Part shown: positions 60,065 through 64,000 of the stretch, piece by piece | Layout: the number at the start of each line of letters is the position of its first letter | Numbering within the stretch: the stretch's first letter is position 1 | Source: Gallionella sp. | Lineage (GTDB): Bacteria > Pseudomonadota > Gammaproteobacteria > Burkholderiales > Gallionellaceae | DNA: 64,000 nucleotides | Assembly (NCBI GenBank): GCA_035605585.1 | Contig: DASTGP010000011.1 | Location: 3,834-67,833, forward strand | Reading direction: 5' to 3' | Notes under the pieces: model-generated | Seen by the model: the letters and a program-made list of their open reading frames with translations, nothing else | What the model was told of the DNA's origin: nothing | Database searches by the model: none | Position numbers and translations under genes: made by a program

Positions 60065-62182
60065 ATGAACAAGATCCTCAAATACACCCTGATCGGCACG
60101 GGCGGCGTGTTCGGCATCGCCGTGGCCGGAGCGGCCTACTTGGCCGCGACCTTTAATCCCAACGATTACAAGGATCAGATCATCAAGACGGTGAAGGAGA
60201 GCAAGCAGCGCGACTTGCGCCTCGACGGCGACATCACGCTGTCATTCTTTCCCTCCATCGGCGCGAACCTTGGCAAGGTGTCGCTCTCCGAGTACAGGAG
60301 CGATCAGCAGTTTGCCGCGGTCGAATCGGCACGCGTCTCGCTTGCTTTGATGCCGCTGCTTTCCAGGAAGGTGGTGGTGGACGAAGTGGCGGTGAGCGGC
60401 CTGCAGGCGACGCTGATCAAGCACAAGGACGGCACCACCAACATCGATGACCTGCTGGGCAAAAGCGAGCAGAAGCCTGCAGAGAAACAGCAGGTCGAGT
60501 TCGATATCGCCTCGGTAGCCGTCGAAAAGACGGCGCTCACTTACCGCGACGAAGGCTCGGGGGCGCAATACGCCATCAAGGATTTCAACCTGCACACTGG
60601 GCGCATCGCCAACGGCGTGCCCAGCAAGATCGACCTGTCCGCCAAGGTCCAGGCCAACCAACCCAAGCTGGATATCAACACCCGGCTCAAGACCACGCTG
60701 ACCTTCGATCTGGACAAGCAGCAGTACCGCGTGGAAGGGCTGGATCTGCAGGCCGACGGTGCGGCGCTGGACATCAGCGGCCTCAAGCTGCAGGCAAGCG
60801 GCGACGCGAACGCCGATCTGGGGGCACAGCAGTTCGGCGCGCAGAAGCTCGCATTGAAGGCCAGCGGCGTGAAGGGCAAGGACGCCTTCGAGTCGACGCT
60901 GGATGTGCCGCGCATCGAAGCGACCAAGGACAGCTTCAGCGGCGACAAGCTGGCGCTGAGCGCGAGGCTGAACGGCGCGAACGACATCACCGCCACGCTA
61001 TCGCTGCCCTCGATTCAGGGCAATGCGCGGGCTTTCGGCAGCCAGGCCCTGACCCTGTCGTTCGATGCAAAGGGCGATGCGCTGCCCGGCAAGCAGGTCA
61101 AGAGCGAGATGAAGGGCAGCTTCGCCTTCGATGCGGACAAGCAGCATGTCGAGGTCGCCCTTGCGGGCGGCTTGCTGCAGAGCCAGGTGAAGGCCAAGGT
61201 TGCGGTGAACGGTTTTGCCGAGCCTGCGATCGGCTTCGATGTGGACGTCGACCAGTTCGACGCCGACCTCTACATGCCGAAAAAGACGGCAGCGCCGAAG
61301 GCGGCCGAGCCCGAGCAGCCGCTCGACCTTTCCGCGTTGCGCAAACTCAACCTGGACGGCAGTTTGCGCATCGGCTCGCTCAAGGTGGCGAACGTGAAGT
61401 CCAGCAACGTGCGGCTGAACATGAAGGCGCGCAACGGCCAGGTCAACGTCGCTCCGCTGTCGGCCAACCTGTACCAGGGCAGCATGAACGGAAGCATCAG
61501 CGTCAATGCACAGGCCACTCCCAGTATTGCCGTCAACCAGACACTGAGCGGCGTCAATGTCGCTGCGCTGACCAAGGATGCAGCGAACTTCGACACGCTG
61601 GAAGGCAAGGGCAATGTCGGGCTGAATCTCACCATGCGCGGAGACACCGTGAGCGCGATGAAGAAGGCGCTCAACGGCACGATGTCACTGAACCTTGCCG
61701 ACGGCGCGATCAAGGGTATCAATATCGCCAAGAAACTGCGCGAGGCGCAGGGCATGTTCGGCAAGGGCGGCGCCAGCGCGCAGACCCAGTCCGCCGATAA
61801 TTCCGAGAAGACCGACTTCAGCGAGCTCAAGGCCAGCTTCAAGGTGAACAACGGCGTTGCGCACAACGAAGACCTGTCGCTGAAATCGCCGTTGTTGCGC
61901 GTCACCGGCAACGGCGACATCGACATCGGCAACGACCGCATGAACTACCTCGCCAAGGCCACGCTGGCCAAGACGCTGGAAGGCCAGGGCGGAAAGGACA
62001 TGGTCGGCGGCATCACCGTGCCGGTGCGCGTCAGCGGCCCGTTCGCCGACCTGAAATACACCCTCGACTTCGGCGCGATGGTGGGCGAAGCCGCCAAGCA
62101 GAAGATCGAGGCCAAGAAGGAAGAAGTGAAGACCAAGGTGCAGGATAAGCTGAAAGAAAACCTCAAGGGCTTGTTCCGGTGA
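60065..62182 (+). CDS. asmA: AsmA-family protein
   Basis: N-terminal TM, FNPNDYKDQI, SFFPSIG, KTDFSELKASF, SPLLRVTGNG; asmA-mutY synteny. Confidence 0.9.
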   Translation: MNKILKYTLIGTGGVFGIAVAGAAYLAATFNPNDYKDQIIKTVKESKQRDLRLDGDITLSFFPSIGANLGKVSLSEYRSDQQFAAVESARVSLALMPLLSRKVVVDEVAVSGLQATLIKHKDGTTNIDDLLGKSEQKPAEKQQVEFDIASVAVEKTALTYRDEGSGAQYAIKDFNLHTGRIANGVPSKIDLSAKVQANQPKLDINTRLKTTLTFDLDKQQYRVEGLDLQADGAALDISGLKLQASGDANADLGAQQFGAQKLALKASGVKGKDAFESTLDVPRIEATKDSFSGDKLALSARLNGANDITATLSLPSIQGNARAFGSQALTLSFDAKGDALPGKQVKSEMKGSFAFDADKQHVEVALAGGLLQSQVKAKVAVNGFAEPAIGFDVDVDQFDADLYMPKKTAAPKAAEPEQPLDLSALRKLNLDGSLRIGSLKVANVKSSNVRLNMKARNGQVNVAPLSANLYQGSMNGSISVNAQATPSIAVNQTLSGVNVAALTKDAANFDTLEGKGNVGLNLTMRGDTVSAMKKALNGTMSLNLADGAIKGINIAKKLREAQGMFGKGGASAQTQSADNSEKTDFSELKASFKVNNGVAHNEDLSLKSPLLRVTGNGDIDIGNDRMNYLAKATLAKTLEGQGGKDMVGGITVPVRVSGPFADLKYTLDFGAMVGEAAKQKIEAKKEEVKTKVQDKLKENLKGLFR

Positions 62183-62193
62183 TTGGCGGTAAC

Positions 62194-62248
62194 GTAGGAG
62201 CGGGCCTTGCCCGCGACCAGAAAGTTCGCGGGCAGGGCCCGCTCCTAC
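62194..62248. repeat. GTAG-type REP doublet (same family as 28462)
   Basis: GTAGGAGCGGGCCTTGCCCGCGA / TCGCGGGCAGGGCCCGCTCCTAC. Confidence 0.85.
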
Positions 62249-62259
62249 AGCGGCATTGA

Positions 62260-63357
62260 ATGCATAGTTTCCCCTCCCGCCTCATCCGCTGGCAGCGCCA
62301 GCATGGACGCCACGACCTGCCCTGGCAGGAGCAGGATGCCTACCGAGTGTGGCTGTCCGAGATCATGCTGCAGCAGACTCAGGTTGCCACCGTCATTCCC
62401 TATTACCAGCGCTTCGTCGATTCGTTCCCTAACATAGCCGCGCTTGCTGCGGCGACCGAGGACGAGGTGCTCGCGCACTGGAGCGGCCTAGGCTACTACG
62501 CACGCGGCCGCAACCTGCATAAGGCTGCAATGCTCATCGCGGAAAAGCACGACGGCGAATTCCCGCGAGAATTCGACCAGATACTCGAACTGCCCGGCAT
62601 CGGCCGCTCCACCGCCGCCGCCATCTGCGCGCAGGCGTACCACGAATCCCGGGCGATCCTCGACGGCAACGTCAAACGCGTGCTCGCGCGCTGGTGCGGC
62701 ATCGACGGTTGGGCGGGGAACAAAAAGGTCGAGGAACAGTTGTGGCAGCAGGCCGAAAATTTACTCCCTCCCCCTTGCAGGTGGCGGGGTGGGGAGGGGG
62801 TAGAAACTTCGCAGGTCGCCATTCCCGCGAAGGAGGAAAGGAGCGACATCGCCACCTACACTCAGGCATTGATGGACTTGGGCGCCACCGTCTGCACGCG
62901 CGGCAAACCGAAGTGCGGCGCGTGTCCGGTGAGTTCGGACTGCGTCGCATTGCAGTCCGGCCGTGTCGCCGAACTCCCCACCCCGCGCCCGAAGAAGGCC
63001 GTGCCGGAAAAGTACACCACCTTCCTGTTGTTGATGTCTGGCCGCGACATCCTGCTGGAGAAGCGTCCCGGCAGCGGCATCTGGGGTGGGCTGTGGTGCC
63101 CGCCGCAACTGGATGACGGGCAGGGGATCGTGGAGGATTATCTGCAGCTCAATGGTGTGGAGGTGAGCGAGCGCATCGACCTGCCCGAGTTCACCCATAT
63201 CTTCACGCATTTCAAGTTGCACATCACGCCCGTGCTGTTGCAGGTGGCGCACAAGCCGTTGCGGGTGCAGCAGGTGGGGAGTGTGTGGCTGGATGTGGAA
63301 GAGGCGTTGAGGGCGGCGATACCGACGCCGGTGCGGAAGGTGTTGGAGCAAATCTGA
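62260..63357 (+). CDS. mutY: A/G-specific adenine glycosylase
   Basis: VWLSEIMLQQTQV, WSGLGYYARGRNL, LPGIGRSTA, DGNVKRV, Fe-S CTRGKPKCGACPVSSDC. Confidence 0.97.
   Translation: MHSFPSRLIRWQRQHGRHDLPWQEQDAYRVWLSEIMLQQTQVATVIPYYQRFVDSFPNIAALAAATEDEVLAHWSGLGYYARGRNLHKAAMLIAEKHDGEFPREFDQILELPGIGRSTAAAICAQAYHESRAILDGNVKRVLARWCGIDGWAGNKKVEEQLWQQAENLLPPPCRWRGGEGVETSQVAIPAKEERSDIATYTQALMDLGATVCTRGKPKCGACPVSSDCVALQSGRVAELPTPRPKKAVPEKYTTFLLLMSGRDILLEKRPGSGIWGGLWCPPQLDDGQGIVEDYLQLNGVEVSERIDLPEFTHIFTHFKLHITPVLLQVAHKPLRVQQVGSVWLDVEEALRAAIPTPVRKVLEQI
62762..62839. repeat. Palindromic repeat-derived in-frame insertion in mutY
   Basis: TACTCCCTCCCC / GGGGAGGGGGTA (11/12 complementary) plus decayed ATTCCCGCGAAGGAGGAAA. 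Confidence 0.7.
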
Positions 63358-63358
63358 T

Positions 63359-63424
63359 CCGTTCGTGGTGAGCCACCAGAACCGTTCGTCCTGAGTAGGC
63401 GCAGCCGTATCGAAGGATGGGCGG
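63359..63424. repeat. Tandem CCGTTCGT(GG/CC)TGAG repeat units
   Basis: Two units at 63359 and 63382, the second followed by a hairpin and TATCGAAGGA. Confidence 0.55.
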
Positions 63425-63460
63425 AGCCCGCCGGTTTGCTAATTCAAAATCAAAAACGTT

Positions 63461-63662
63461 GGGGGTTGCCCGACAGCAAGTTACCTTTCTTGTCTTGCCA
63501 AGAAAGGTAACCCAAAGAAGGCGCCCCCGGTTTGCCGTCCCCTTTGGGGATTCCCTCCGTTGCTCAAACGGCCAGGCGGCTGCGGAACTCGCGCTGCGCG
63601 CTCAGACAGTCCTCGCCGACTTCCCCTGACCGTTTTCCGCTACTCGGCGGCGCACAGGGGAA
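63461..63662. repeat. Structured intergenic repeat / MITE-like element
   Basis: Perfect 13-bp hairpin GTTACCTTTCTTG / CAAGAAAGGTAAC (63480-63511) plus further stems. Confidence 0.6.
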
Positions 63663-63719
63663 AGTAAGGCATAAACCAAGATCGAAAACAATGAAGGCCG
63701 AAAAATCGGCCTTCATTGT

Positions 63720-64000
63720 TTAGCTTTCAATTTTGTCGCCTTTGCCTAGATTGCAATCGAAGCATAGGGTACGTAGATTTTCTTCAGTGTTTTGTCCGCC
63801 TTTTGACCAAGGATGAATATGGTCTACGTGCAGTTCTACGTTTGAATCCTTTGCTGGTGAGCGACCACATATAACGCATCGGAATCGGTCCCGCGATAAC
63901 ACTTTATATCGAAGCGATAAGCTGATGGACCTGGGCGGAGTTGCAGATGGAGTTGGTGAGGCAGCAATTTCACTGCTGCTTTTTTCGGAGACTATTTCTT
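63720..64000 (-). CDS. HNH endonuclease (3' end; starts beyond the right edge)
   Basis: Open to the edge: ...PPRSISLSLRYKVLSRDRFRCVICG...HVDHIHPWSKGGQNTEENLRTLCFDCNLGKG; AT-richer than flanks. Confidence 0.88.
   Translation of the reverse strand, partial: EIVSEKSSSEIAASPTPSATPPRSISLSLRYKVLSRDRFRCVICGRSPAKDSNVELHVDHIHPWSKGGQNTEENLRTLCFDCNLGKGDKIES

Overview
High-GC betaproteobacterial chromosomal segment. The mix of an MSHA-like pilus, a cbb3 oxidase, Fnr and HemN suggests a microaerophilic Gallionellaceae/Nitrosomonadales-like organism, which is inference only. Left to right: 5' part of gpmI (minus, runs off the edge); a two-Cys ArsR regulator, RND adaptor and permease, DUF2892/YgaP-like protein, PglL-like O-oligosaccharyltransferase, rhodanese, grxC, secB, SH3 protein, gpsA; trmL; a 17-kb MSHA-type pilus cluster in permuted order; comF; bioBFHCD running into a DsbD_2-like protein, Sco, a histidine kinase, a LuxR regulator, ftsK, lolA, rarA, a methyltransferase plus carbamoyltransferase pair, serS and a K+ channel; mltF; tRNA-Ser(CGA); ccoNOQP, an uncalled 39-codon membrane ORF, ccoGHIS, two hypothetical genes, fnr, hemN; asmA; mutY; a pile of repeats; and the 3' end of an AT-richer HNH nuclease gene. 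Several families of palindromic repeats are scattered through the window, and two sit in-frame inside genes. No CRISPR array, rRNA, transposase or integrase was seen. Best candidates for undescribed biology: (1) a putative persulfide-sensing ArsR-RND-DUF2892-rhodanese-Grx module with a visible operator over its -10 box, (2) a cbb3 locus with extra parts, (3) the methyltransferase/carbamoyltransferase cassette between rarA and serS. All product calls come from motif recognition by eye; no database searches were run.
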